Assembly (NCBI GenBank): GCA_964457135.1
Contig: CAYWED010000002.1
Coordinates: 1 to 40,787, forward strand
Length of the DNA stretch: 40,787 nucleotides
From: an uncultured Muribaculaceae bacterium
GTDB lineage: Bacteria; Bacillota_I; Bacilli_A; RF39; UBA660
Reading direction: 5' to 3'
In this document: positions 26,338-34,190 of the stretch, piece after piece
How the letters are laid out: each line of letters opens with the position of its first letter
How positions within the stretch are numbered: position 1 is the stretch's first letter
Translations under genes and position numbers: made by a program
Notes under the pieces: model-generated
What the model was told of the DNA's origin: nothing
What the model saw: the letters and a program-made list of their open reading frames with translations, nothing else
Database searches by the model: none

Positions 26338-27546
26338 ATGTTATTTCAAAAAAATAAGAAAAAAGAAAATGAACCAAAAAGGGAAATCACTAAACCTAAA
26401 TATTACAATTTTTTATCAGTAGATGTTGAAGAAAAATACTTAAAGCAATACTGGACTGATAATAATTATCAAATACCTTTATTTAATTCTTGGGAAGAAT
26501 TATACTCTTTCCTAAAAGATGACTCAAAGACAATAGCGCAAAAACTAGAAGTATTAAAGAATCTATTTTGTATTGAACCTTTAGGTTTAATGCATAAAGA
26601 AAACAATCCTATTCCAGATTACTTCTGGCAAGACACATCTTTAGATAGAAAAGTAAGAGTTTTATGTAGAATAAAGTCAACTACTTATTCCCATATGTCA
26701 ATTAAAGATTACCCTATAGAAGAAGATTACTACTATGATTTATTTATTAAAGATTTAGATGAAGATTTATTTTTAGGCTCTTGTGAATTAATGAGTTCGG
26801 GACTTTCTGTTTTATTAGATTGTGAGAAAGTTACACAAAAACAAAAAGAACAAATAGTAAGAAGTGCAATGAATTTTAAAGCAAGTTGTAATTTACAAAA
26901 AAATGATTATAACCACGAATATATTTTATTAGCATCATTAGAAAAAGATTGCTTTAATGAAGAATTCAAAAATGAAATATATGAAAAAGCAAAACAAAAT
27001 ATGTTATTAACAGGAAATTATGCTAGTAAAGCCGAAGATTTTAAATATTTCTTTTATCGTTTTTATAAAGATGAAAGTGTTAGCATTGAAGATAAAGTTA
27101 AAATCATTAATAAAGCACTACCAGATACTCAAGGGAATAACTATTCTAATCAATATTTATTCTATTTAGGAAATAAAAACATACCTTCATTTATTCAAAG
27201 AATAGTATTAAATCATTTTGTAAGTGCTACAGGTTATAATTTAGAACATTCACACCCAGCTCTATTTAAAAATATTAATACCTCAAATATAGTAAATTTA
27301 CTTGCTAATCCTAAAATAACAGACGATTTAAAAATAAAACTAATTAATTCAATTACGAATCCAGTATTACTTTGTTATTGTATAGTGCAAAATGAAATAG
27401 ATGATAATATTGTAGAATTATTAAAAACTAAACTTGAAACAATGAAAATACCAGAAACAAAAGAAGTATTAGAAATAATTAAATTAATGTTAACAGCTGA
27501 CACTCAGACAATTAAAAGACGCCTATTTTTAAAACAAGAACAATAA
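26338..27546 (+). CDS. hypothetical protein
   Basis: 402-aa ORF with a GGGAGG RBS. I recognise no motif. Confidence 0.55.
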   Translation: MLFQKNKKKENEPKREITKPKYYNFLSVDVEEKYLKQYWTDNNYQIPLFNSWEELYSFLKDDSKTIAQKLEVLKNLFCIEPLGLMHKENNPIPDYFWQDTSLDRKVRVLCRIKSTTYSHMSIKDYPIEEDYYYDLFIKDLDEDLFLGSCELMSSGLSVLLDCEKVTQKQKEQIVRSAMNFKASCNLQKNDYNHEYILLASLEKDCFNEEFKNEIYEKAKQNMLLTGNYASKAEDFKYFFYRFYKDESVSIEDKVKIINKALPDTQGNNYSNQYLFYLGNKNIPSFIQRIVLNHFVSATGYNLEHSHPALFKNINTSNIVNLLANPKITDDLKIKLINSITNPVLLCYCIVQNEIDDNIVELLKTKLETMKIPETKEVLEIIKLMLTADTQTIKRRLFLKQEQ

Positions 27547-27558
27547 TCTTGTTTTTTT
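27532..27558 (+). terminator. terminator overlapping the stop of 26338..27546
   Basis: AACAAGA (27532-27538) pairs with TCTTGTT (27546-27552), followed by a T run. Confidence 0.55.
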
Positions 27559-27610
27559 CTTCTTATATCCTGTATAATATAGTAAAACAGTTAAGAAAGA
27601 AAGTGATACT

Positions 27611-28627
27611 ATGAAAAAAATAATACTAACAGGAGATAGACCTACAGGAAAACTTCATTTAGGACACTTCGCAAGTTCACTAAGACTTAGACTAAAATAT
27701 CAAAGTGAAGGAGACTATGATGAAATGTATGTTTTCTCAGCCGATATGCAAGGACTTACCGATAATGCAAAAACTCCTAAAAAAATAAAAGAGAACGTTT
27801 TCGAAGTTATAAAAGATAACCTTTCAATAGGATTAGACCCTGAAAAAATAACATTCTTTGTTCAATCAGGTGTCCCAGAATTAACTGAGTTAACAACTTA
27901 CTACTTAAATTTAGTAACATTATCAAGACTAAAAAGAAATCCAACAATAAAAGAAGAAATCAAACAAAGAGGGTTTGAAGAAAGTGTACCAGTAGGCTTT
28001 TTAACTTACCCTATAAGTCAAGCAGCTGATATAACTGCCTTTGATGCAAACATAATTCCAGTAGGAGATGACCAAATTCCGATTCTAGAACAAGTATGTG
28101 AAATCGTAGATACATTTAATAAAACTTATGGTGAAACCCTAACCAGACCTAAATATGTAATACCAGAAAATATTAATTCAAGACGTCTTCCAGGAACTGA
28201 TGGAAAAGCAAAAATGAGTAAAAGTCTAGGTAACTGTATTTACTTAACTGATGATACTGAAACTGTAAGAAAAAAAGTAATGAGTATGTATACTGACCCT
28301 AACCATATTAAAATCGAAGACCCAGGAAACACAGAAAACAATCCAGTATTTATATATCTAGATGCATTTTGTGAAGACAGAGAAAAATTTGAAGAACTAA
28401 AATCTCATTATGAAAGAGGAGGACTTGGAGATAAAGTCGTAAAAGAATATTTATTTGAAGTCTTAGAGGGGATTTTAAAACCAATAAGAGAAAAAAGAGC
28501 ATATTATGATGCACACCCTGAAATAGTAGAAGACATTATAAAAAAAGGAACAGAAAAAGCAAGAATAAAAGCACGTGTTGTATTAAATAGAGTAAGAAAG
28601 AATATCGGGGTAGAATATTTTAAATAA
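27611..28627 (+). CDS. trpS: tryptophan--tRNA ligase
   Basis: GDRPTGKLHLGHF (HIGH) and KMSKS motifs; 338 aa. Confidence 0.9.
   Translation: MKKIILTGDRPTGKLHLGHFASSLRLRLKYQSEGDYDEMYVFSADMQGLTDNAKTPKKIKENVFEVIKDNLSIGLDPEKITFFVQSGVPELTELTTYYLNLVTLSRLKRNPTIKEEIKQRGFEESVPVGFLTYPISQAADITAFDANIIPVGDDQIPILEQVCEIVDTFNKTYGETLTRPKYVIPENINSRRLPGTDGKAKMSKSLGNCIYLTDDTETVRKKVMSMYTDPNHIKIEDPGNTENNPVFIYLDAFCEDREKFEELKSHYERGGLGDKVVKEYLFEVLEGILKPIREKRAYYDAHPEIVEDIIKKGTEKARIKARVVLNRVRKNIGVEYFK
28538..28627 (+). repeat. direct repeat copy 1 (functional 3' end of trpS)
   Basis: Manual alignment shows 86 of 90 nt identical to 29669-29758, with no indels. Confidence 0.85.
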
Positions 28628-28648
28628 TTAAATATTGGGGGATAAAAA

Positions 28649-29626
28649 ATGAGAAATAATTTAATAAGAACAGACGTATTAACTACAGTTAGTACAAATA
28701 ATTACTATAAAAAACCAGTAGAAGAAATAACTTCTAAAATATCAAATTCAAATAGAAAAAGAGTAATAGTCTCTGGAGTAAAAGGTGGAGGAAAATCAAC
28801 AGTACTATACCATCATAGAAATGCTTTACTATACACAGGACATGAAAATATAATTGGAACTTTTCATGATTCTATTCCATTTTTTGGAATTAATGAATTA
28901 TTTAGTGCACAATACTATGAATATTTTTATGAACTTGAAATGAGTTTAATGTTATTGTCACAAATAAAACTTTTTTATAGTAATATATTTAATCAAGAGT
29001 TTGCTAATCTTTATGAAGAAATTGAAGAAAGATTAAAAGAGTTAAAAATATACACAAGAATCTCTAATAAAGAACAAAAGAACTTAAAAGAATTTCTACC
29101 TTTTGGTAGTTTGACCGAGCCTATTATAAGAAAGTTTAAAAATGAAGCATCGCTTTTCACACTTTCTTTAGAAATAGACCAGTTTGAATATAACAGTTTA
29201 TATCACCAACTTAATTTAGTAAATTATAGTGAGTTATTTGACCAAATAATTTTAGCAGTCAACTCTTCATGTGTAACTCCAGATTTAAAAAATAAAGGTT
29301 ATGAAATTATAAATGTAGATTATGGAAAAAATTATGAAGTTTTAAGAGAAATTTTAAAACAAAAAATAATATCTTATAATGTATCTATAGCAAAGTCTGA
29401 AGAAACATTTCCTTTTAACTTAGTAACTGATAAACTAATCGAGTCTCTAGCACAAATATCTAACGGCAATATAAGTATAGTTTTAGATGCACTTTATCTA
29501 GTAAACGAAACACTTAGTGGTTCTAAAAATATGAATTTAGAAACTCTTATAACTTACTTACAAAGAGAAATAGCTCATAATGAAAAAATAGAAGAAATGT
29601 ACCCGACAAAAAAATTGCATTTATAA
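28649..29626 (+). CDS. P-loop NTPase, otherwise uncharacterised
   Basis: Walker A VSGVKGGGKSTVLY and a Walker B-like FTLSLEIDQF. GGGGGA RBS. Confidence 0.6.
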   Translation: MRNNLIRTDVLTTVSTNNYYKKPVEEITSKISNSNRKRVIVSGVKGGGKSTVLYHHRNALLYTGHENIIGTFHDSIPFFGINELFSAQYYEYFYELEMSLMLLSQIKLFYSNIFNQEFANLYEEIEERLKELKIYTRISNKEQKNLKEFLPFGSLTEPIIRKFKNEASLFTLSLEIDQFEYNSLYHQLNLVNYSELFDQIILAVNSSCVTPDLKNKGYEIINVDYGKNYEVLREILKQKIISYNVSIAKSEETFPFNLVTDKLIESLAQISNGNISIVLDALYLVNETLSGSKNMNLETLITYLQREIAHNEKIEEMYPTKKLHL

Positions 29627-29641
29627 ATTTATATATAGAAA

Positions 29642-29758
29642 ATGAATATTTTAGATGACGAAAAATTAATAAAAAAAGGAACAGAAAAAGCAAGGATAAA
29701 AGCACGTGTTGTTCTAAATAGAGTAAGAAAGAATATTGGGGTAGAATATTTTAAATAA
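29642..29758 (+). pseudogene. detached duplicate of the trpS 3' end (38-codon remnant; direct repeat copy 2 = 29669-29758)
   Basis: Encodes MNILDDEKLIKKGTEKARIKARVVLNRVRKNIGVEYFK. The last 29 residues are identical to the TrpRS C-terminus, and all 4 nucleotide differences are synonymous. Confidence 0.7.
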
Positions 29759-29786
29759 AATCAAAACTATATCAGGAAGGTAACAA

Positions 29787-30557
29787 ATGAATAAACTAAC
29801 TATAGAGAAAAAATATGATAAAGATAGAGACTATGTAAGAAGAATAATTTTTACAAGAGATGAAAATCAAAAATTTATTATTCATTTTGAAGGAAATTTA
29901 GACTTATATTTTACTTTAGAAAATTTTGGTAGTAATTCTTCTTTTATAATAGGAAAAGATAACTACAAAGTATGGTCGATATTTGATACTTTATACTATA
30001 ACATAATAAATGCAAGAGTTTATGAGCCAGTTGATGTAGATACAATTTTTGAAACCAAAATGAATGAGTTAGGCATAGATGAATTAGACTATCATTTATA
30101 TCCTGATTTTTATGAAAAAAGTATTTATGAAGCCCAAAGAATTGAATGTTTGAATTATGATTTAAAGAATCATGAAGAATATAAAGCATTAGTAAAAAAT
30201 GGTAAAATTATTTGGAAAAGTGATGATTATCCAAAAGAAATATCGCCTTATTTTACAATTGAACCCTTAGAAAATTCTTATCTAATCAGTTTTGGAGTAC
30301 CAAAGATACAAAGCTTTTTATCTTTAGAAGAAAAGATGATGATAGAAAATTTTAGAAACTTAGGTTTTATTAATGTAAGAATACGTAACAGTGGTTCAGC
30401 CTATGAGCCATTTAATATACTATTTATGAAAGCATTTAACTCTTTAATGGTAGAAGACGTAGATAATCTTTATCATCAAATCCATATTGAAGAATATTTA
30501 ATAGATAGACAACTTGAAAAAGGATATGATCTAGAGAAAATATTAAGAAAAAAGTAA
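29787..30557 (+). CDS. hypothetical protein
   Basis: 256-aa ORF with an AGGAAGG RBS. Confidence 0.55.
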   Translation: MNKLTIEKKYDKDRDYVRRIIFTRDENQKFIIHFEGNLDLYFTLENFGSNSSFIIGKDNYKVWSIFDTLYYNIINARVYEPVDVDTIFETKMNELGIDELDYHLYPDFYEKSIYEAQRIECLNYDLKNHEEYKALVKNGKIIWKSDDYPKEISPYFTIEPLENSYLISFGVPKIQSFLSLEEKMMIENFRNLGFINVRIRNSGSAYEPFNILFMKAFNSLMVEDVDNLYHQIHIEEYLIDRQLEKGYDLEKILRKK

Positions 30558-30624
30558 TTAACTAAATTTTTCACACAAAATACATATTTAATATATATAA
30601 TGAAACTTAACTGAGGTGATACAA

Positions 30625-31281
30625 GTGAATATTTTAGTAGTAGATGATGAAAAACTAATAAGAAACGTAATAAGAGATTACCTAGAAAATGAAGGACTGA
30701 CAGTTTACGAAGCAGAAGACGGCAAAGAAGCAATAAGAGTATTTAAAGAAGAAAAAATAGATTTAATTGTACTTGATATTATGATGCCTGTAATGGACGG
30801 TTTTGAAACACTAAAAGAAATAAGAACTATGAGTGAAGTCCCAGTAATCATGTTAAGTGCGATGAAAGAAGAAATTGATAAATTACATAGTTTTGACATT
30901 GGAGTTGACGATTATGTTACAAAACCATTTAGTCCAAGAGAACTAACAGCAAGAGTAAAAGCAGTATTAAAAAGAAATGGAAAAACAAAAGAATTATACA
31001 CATATAAAACTTTAGTAGTAGATTATTTAGGAAGAAAAGTAACAATAGATAACAAAACTATAGAACTAACTCCAAAAGAATATGAACTCCTAATATATTT
31101 TATTGACAATAAAGGAATAGCATTATCTAGAGAGCAACTCCTAAATGTTGTATGGGGGTACGATTTTTATGGAGATGATAGAACGGTAGACACACACATA
31201 AAAATGCTTCGTCATAGTCTTGGAAAATATAGAGACTTAATAAAAACTGTAAGAACAATGGGGTATAAATATGAAGAATAG
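30625..31281 (+). CDS. OmpR/PhoB-type response regulator
   Basis: Receiver domain (ILVVDDE ... DLIVLDIMMP ... K) plus a winged-helix output domain (LTPKEYELLIYF ... RTVDTHIKMLR). GTG 30625 lies 6 nt after GAGGTG. Confidence 0.85.
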   Translation: MNILVVDDEKLIRNVIRDYLENEGLTVYEAEDGKEAIRVFKEEKIDLIVLDIMMPVMDGFETLKEIRTMSEVPVIMLSAMKEEIDKLHSFDIGVDDYVTKPFSPRELTARVKAVLKRNGKTKELYTYKTLVVDYLGRKVTIDNKTIELTPKEYELLIYFIDNKGIALSREQLLNVVWGYDFYGDDRTVDTHIKMLRHSLGKYRDLIKTVRTMGYKYEE

Positions 31282-32662
31282 AAGTTTAACTATGCACATA
31301 TGGCTTTATCTAGCATCATTTCTAACCATCATACTTGCTTTTCTTTGGATATTGCAAGTCCTTTTTTTTGACACATACTATGAAAATAGAACAACAAAAT
31401 TAATAGAAAAAATTGCCATAAAAACAAAAATATATTATAAGAGTGAAAGAGACTCATCATATTATGATAGACTTTCATACGATAACAATGCCTGCATACA
31501 AATAATACAAAATACTGAAACCATATATTCATCAAATGGAACAAGAAGAGGCTGCCTTTATGATAATGATGAAAATGGAAAAATCACGACAAGTTACATA
31601 CTTGACTTTATAACTAGTGGTAAATCAAGACAAAATTACAAAATAGTAAACCCAGCACTCAATAACGATACATTAATAAGTGCATTAAAACTTGATGACA
31701 ACACATATAGTTTCATAAATGTTTCATTGGAACCTACTGACCCAGCAATCAAAATCATAAGAGACGAACTAGTATTTATAAGTATAGGAGTATATATTTC
31801 ATCATTCATACTTGCATATTTTATCAGTAGAAGAATATCTACTCCAATACTAAAAATAAATGCACGTGCTAAAAAAATGTCAAAAGGAGACCTTGACACA
31901 CCTTTTGAAACAAATGCAAATATAACTGAAATAAGAGAACTCGGAGAAACTCTAAATCAAACTAGAGAAGAATTATCTAAAATAAACGAAACAAGACGTG
32001 ATTTAATGGCAAATGTAAGTCATGACTTAAAAACACCTCTCACAATGATAAAAGCATATGCTGAAACTGCAAGAGACTTAAATAAAAATAATGAAGAAAA
32101 ACGAACAGATAATTTAAACATAATAATTGAAGAAGCAGAAAGATTAAATATACTAGTAAACGACATATTAGAGCTATCTAAAAGTGAAACAAATATGACA
32201 GAACTTTCAAAAGAAGACTTTAATTTAACTGAAGAAATAGAAACAATAATTCATAGATTTGATTATCTACGAGAAACAGAAGGCTATACATTTATATTCA
32301 AAAATAAAAAGCCAGTAATCATAAATGCAGATAGAAACAAAATTGGTCAAGTAATCTACAATTTAATAATAAATGCAATAAATTATACAGGGGACGATAA
32401 AAAAGTTATAGTTGACATTGAAACATTTAAAAAATATATAAGAGTATCTGTAACTGACACAGGAAAAGGAATAGAACCAGAAGAAATAGATATGATATGG
32501 GAAAAATACTACAAAAGTGAGAAAAAACATAGAAGAAATAAAATCGGAACAGGCTTAGGTTTATCTATTGTAAAAAGTATTTTAATAAATCATGGATTCA
32601 AATATGGAGTTACTAGTAAAAAAGGAAAAGGAACAAAATTCTATTTTGACATTAACATGTAA
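31271..32662 (+). CDS. sensor histidine kinase
   Basis: Two TM helices, a HAMP-like linker, H-box SHDLKTPLT, N-box and the G-box GTGLGLSIVKSIL. Overlaps the regulator gene. Confidence 0.85.
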   Translation: MKNRSLTMHIWLYLASFLTIILAFLWILQVLFFDTYYENRTTKLIEKIAIKTKIYYKSERDSSYYDRLSYDNNACIQIIQNTETIYSSNGTRRGCLYDNDENGKITTSYILDFITSGKSRQNYKIVNPALNNDTLISALKLDDNTYSFINVSLEPTDPAIKIIRDELVFISIGVYISSFILAYFISRRISTPILKINARAKKMSKGDLDTPFETNANITEIRELGETLNQTREELSKINETRRDLMANVSHDLKTPLTMIKAYAETARDLNKNNEEKRTDNLNIIIEEAERLNILVNDILELSKSETNMTELSKEDFNLTEEIETIIHRFDYLRETEGYTFIFKNKKPVIINADRNKIGQVIYNLIINAINYTGDDKKVIVDIETFKKYIRVSVTDTGKGIEPEEIDMIWEKYYKSEKKHRRNKIGTGLGLSIVKSILINHGFKYGVTSKKGKGTKFYFDINM

Positions 32663-32807
32663 ATCTCATACTTCTATCACAAAACTTTCACATTCATATA
32701 GTAAACTTAATATCACAAAGGAGATGATAGATGTTTAAGAGAAAAAGAATTATTATAAATATACAATCCTCTAAAAACCTATAAAATCACATAGATTAAA
32801 AACTGAA

Positions 32808-32842
32808 AAAGAGACACGTTATTTAAGATGTCTCTTTTGTTT
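32808..32842 (+). terminator. terminator closing the two-component operon region
   Basis: AAAGAGACA (32808-32816) pairs with TGTCTCTTT (32829-32837), followed by TGTTT. Confidence 0.55.
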
Positions 32843-32854
32843 AGAATAAAATAA

Positions 32855-32883
32855 TTTAAAATATAAACTATCCATGCTATAAT
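32855..32883 (+). promoter_or_regulatory. promoter of the retron ncRNA/RT transcript
   Basis: TTTAAA (32855-32860), 17-nt spacer, then TGcTATAAT extended -10 (32875-32883). Confidence 0.45.
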
Positions 32884-32888
32884 AACCT

Positions 32889-33060
32889 TGCAGTAGTGAT
32901 TGGAAATTTATTTCCTTTCTTTAACGAGTCGTTAAGGGACTAATTTAATTAAGATAATCAAAATAGTAATATTCCAAGGGACTTCCCTACACTTCATGTA
33001 GCCGCTACGCGTTGCTTCGCTAAAATCCATTTTCATATTACTCTTATCTTTAGTACTGCA
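32889..33060 (+). ncRNA. candidate retron msr-msd RNA
   Basis: It lies between the promoter and the RT. Flanking inverted repeats are TGCAGTA (32889-32895) and TACTGCA (33054-33060). Two 5' hairpins span 32902-32915 and 32918-32938. A long imperfect stem pairs 32951-32972 with 33035-33050 and encloses a locally GC-rich core. Confidence 0.5.
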
Positions 33061-33142
33061 CTTTTGGGGGTGGCAAAATTAATAAAATAAACTTTAATTT
33101 TGCTATCTCTAATTAAATATATAAAACCAAGGAGTAAATCAC

Positions 33143-34117
33143 ATGTGGAAATAAACAGGCACAAAAGAATGCAATGAATTTTTATTATCTCTAAGATTAT
33201 TAAATTGTAAAAATGAAAAGAAATACATAAAAACATTATATTCACTAAGTAACAATAAAGAAAATAATTACAAAATATACAAAATAAAAAAACATAATGG
33301 AAAATTAAGAACTATTTATGAACCAAATAAAATATTAAAACATGTCCAAAGACAAATCTTATCGAATATTCTAAACAATAAAAAAATATCCAAATATGCA
33401 AAAGCTTATCATAAAGGTGATTCACTAAAAGACAATGCCATTCCTCATGTCAATAAAGACATAATACTAAAATTAGATATTAAAGATTTTTTTGGAAACA
33501 TAAATTTTTATAATATATATAATGCCTGTTTTCCATTAGAGTACTTTCCTCCAAGCGTAGGAATGCTTTTAACTTACCTATGTACTTATAAAGATTTTCT
33601 TCCACAAGGGGCACCAACATCTTCTTATATTTCAAACTTAGTTATGAAAGACTTTGATGAAACTCTTGGTGCTTATTGTGAAGAAAACAAAATATCTTAC
33701 ACAAGATATGCAGATGACATGACTTTTTCAGGAAATTTTAATCCTAAAGAAATAATCATAAAAGTAAGAAAAATGCTTGCACCTCTAGGATTAGAACTAA
33801 ATAAAGATAAAATACATGTAATAAAAAAATCCAGAAGTCAAAATGTTACAGGCATAGTAGTTAATGAAAAAGCATAAACAAGTAGTAAATACCGTAAAAG
33901 TATAAGACAAGAAATATACTACATAAAAAAGTTTGGATTAACTTCACATCTAGAAAAGAAAAATATAAATATAGCTCCTAAAAAATACATTGCTCAGTTA
34001 TATGGAAAAGTATTATATGTTCTACAAATAGATGAAAAAAATAAAGAATTTCAAAATTATAAACAATTTTTACAATTGTTAAAAAACAACAAATCTAACC
34101 CTAATTTTAACGCGTAG
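33143..34117 (+). pseudogene. retron-type reverse transcriptase with two in-frame TAA codons
   Basis: A single frame of 325 codons with AAGGAG RBS (33129-33134) and ATG 33143. Motifs: NAIPH (33434-33448), LDIKDFF, QGAPTSS, YADD (33707-33718) and VTGIVVN. In-frame TAA at 33152-33154 and 33875-33877; terminal TAG at 34115-34117. Confidence 0.8.
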
Positions 34118-34136
34118 ATACTAACTTTTATCATAG

Positions 34137-34165
34137 TTGACAACAACCCTAAAATTTTGTAAAAT
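34137..34165 (+). promoter_or_regulatory. promoter of the membrane/AT-hook protein gene
   Basis: TTGACA (34137-34142), 17-nt spacer, TAAAAT (34160-34165). Confidence 0.5.
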
Positions 34166-34190
34166 TACTATTAGGATAGAGGTGGCTAAT

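Noticed and set aside
27547-27610. A T-box leader upstream of trpS, and likewise upstream of gltX (5270-5313).
   Set aside because: The leaders are only about 64 and 44 nt, which is too short for specifier and antiterminator structures. I saw no T-box consensus.
97-31899. Many other short ORFs nested in or antisense to well-supported genes. Examples: 97..450, 1077..1328, 5467..5694, 10109..10516, 10435..10866, 13778..14155, 16011..16238, 24434..24691, 29944..30189, 31636..31899.
   Set aside because: They have no RBS, they overlap conserved coding frames, and their composition is typical of the non-coding frames of AT-rich genes.
33033-33245. A 70-aa minus-strand ORF across the retron ncRNA/RT junction.
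   Set aside because: It is antisense to the RT start region and the ncRNA, hydrophobic and low-complexity, and has no RBS. The RT/ncRNA reading explains the region better.
2787-33877. In-frame TAA codons (three cases) taken as evidence for TAA reassignment or a non-standard genetic code.
   Set aside because: TAA terminates most well-defined genes here (scpA, scpB, gltX, thyA, folA, trpS, spoVS, tdk). Conserved proteins are full length under code 11, and TGA and TAG also act as stops (20840-20842, 34115-34117).
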